From Magallana gigas (lineage: Eukaryota): DNA of 64,000 nt. The notes under the pieces were generated by a model. The model was not told the origin of the DNA and searched no databases. It saw only the letters and a list, made by a program, of their open reading frames with translations. Positions 53,260 through 64,000 of this stretch are shown here, one piece after another. The position numbers and the translations under genes are program-made. Positions within the stretch are counted from its first letter, which is position 1. The number at the start of each line of letters is the position of its first letter. The stretch lies in the NCBI RefSeq assembly GCF_963853765.1, contig NC_088855.1, positions 33,604,001 to 33,668,000 of the forward strand, given 5' to 3'.

Positions 53260-54243
53260 ATTAATAATTCATATATATATATGTATGTATATGAAGCCTG
53301 AACAAGGAAGGTCATGGCACAACCTGTAGTAGGACAGCAGAAATGTGCATGTGTAAAAACACAGAAAAAGTGGCTGGACCGGGAATCGGACCCGGGACCC
53401 CCTACTAATTTTTATATTAAGTGCATGTATTGTAAATTCATATGAATCGCAAGAACTTTGGAATAGGTTTGCTGGTCGACGAATACAACCCCACAGTACT
53501 AAGAATATTGGAAACATCATTGAATGCAATCATTTCGAATTTTCTCCGAATCTCATCAAATACAGTTCTTTTTATCCATGTCCGTTTTAATGGGTGGTCC
53601 AAACTCAAATGGTAATTAGCAAATATTAATAAACACTTACTTAATAATGTTAAACGTTTCCCTTTTGCTTGATTCCTACATAGGCAAGTGAATGGGGATG
53701 AAATTAAGGAAAGTAATTTGCCCTGCGACATTTCAACAATTAAATTATTAACTCAAACATGGGCAATTCGTATGAAAAAATTAAAAATAATATGGCGTTG
53801 ATTTGTTTGTCAATAAACAAAAAATAAAGATATACATGTTTATACAAATACACAGTAAAACTGAAAATCAAAATCGACCTCCTCCCCCAAATAGGAAAAA
53901 TAACGAAGAATGAAAATTACATCTAGAGTATGACCTAACCTGCAACTGAAAACCGGAAACACATGTTTACACTGTAAATATTGCAGTTTCATGAGTTTGT
54001 ATGGAACTTAAAATACTTCTTGTAATCCTGAGTGGGAAACACATGGAATAGGTAATAATTGACATTTTTCAACTATACAAGAGGTGATCATCCTAATGAT
54101 ACCTTGGCAATTTTTTTTGGTAAAAAGGTTTAATTTTATTTGAAACATGGAATGAAATGACATCAAACACTCTTTTTACATGATGTTGATCAATGTAGCA
54201 CTGATCAACACCACTAAAGTATTGATTCATTTATTTTAGTGGA
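53260..54243. promoter_or_regulatory. Divergent promoter region between MRPL18 (-) and NLE1 (+)
   Basis: Head-to-head arrangement about 1 kb apart. The NLE1 first coding exon has an acceptor at 54238-54239, implying a non-coding first exon in this interval. Confidence 0.55.

Positions 54244-64000
<9,757 letters not shown>

Noticed and set aside
52782-53405. Functional tRNA genes at 28420-28490, 52782-52850 and 53370-53405
   Set aside because: Acceptor or anticodon stems are broken or missing; these are SINE- or transposon-derived.

Overview
AT-rich, intron-containing animal genomic DNA. The repeat families and gene content look like a bivalve mollusc (oyster-like); this is inference. One assembly gap lies at 39432-39615. 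I rebuilt exon chains by hand from GT/AG signals and reading-frame phase. They give ten protein-coding loci: the 3' part of an LRRC43-like gene (+), RPA43/POLR1F (-), a PRR14/PRR14L Tantalus-domain gene with AT-hooks (-), a DGCR2/IDD-like receptor (-), PXMP2 (+, head-to-head with DGCR2), a hidden four-exon 93-aa single-TM microprotein gene that the ORF track misses (+), a secreted alpha-carbonic anhydrase with a ~540-aa tail (+), MRPL18 (-), the 5' part of NLE1/Notchless (+), and a two-exon 5-TM protein resembling half an XK-family scramblase, nested antisense in NLE1 intron 8 (-). Introns and intergenic DNA carry many MITEs (Kolobok TTAA, mariner-like TA, TAC(T/C)GT-ended), tRNA-derived SINE pieces, hairpin elements and microsatellites. 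Family names come from my recollection of motifs, not from database searches.
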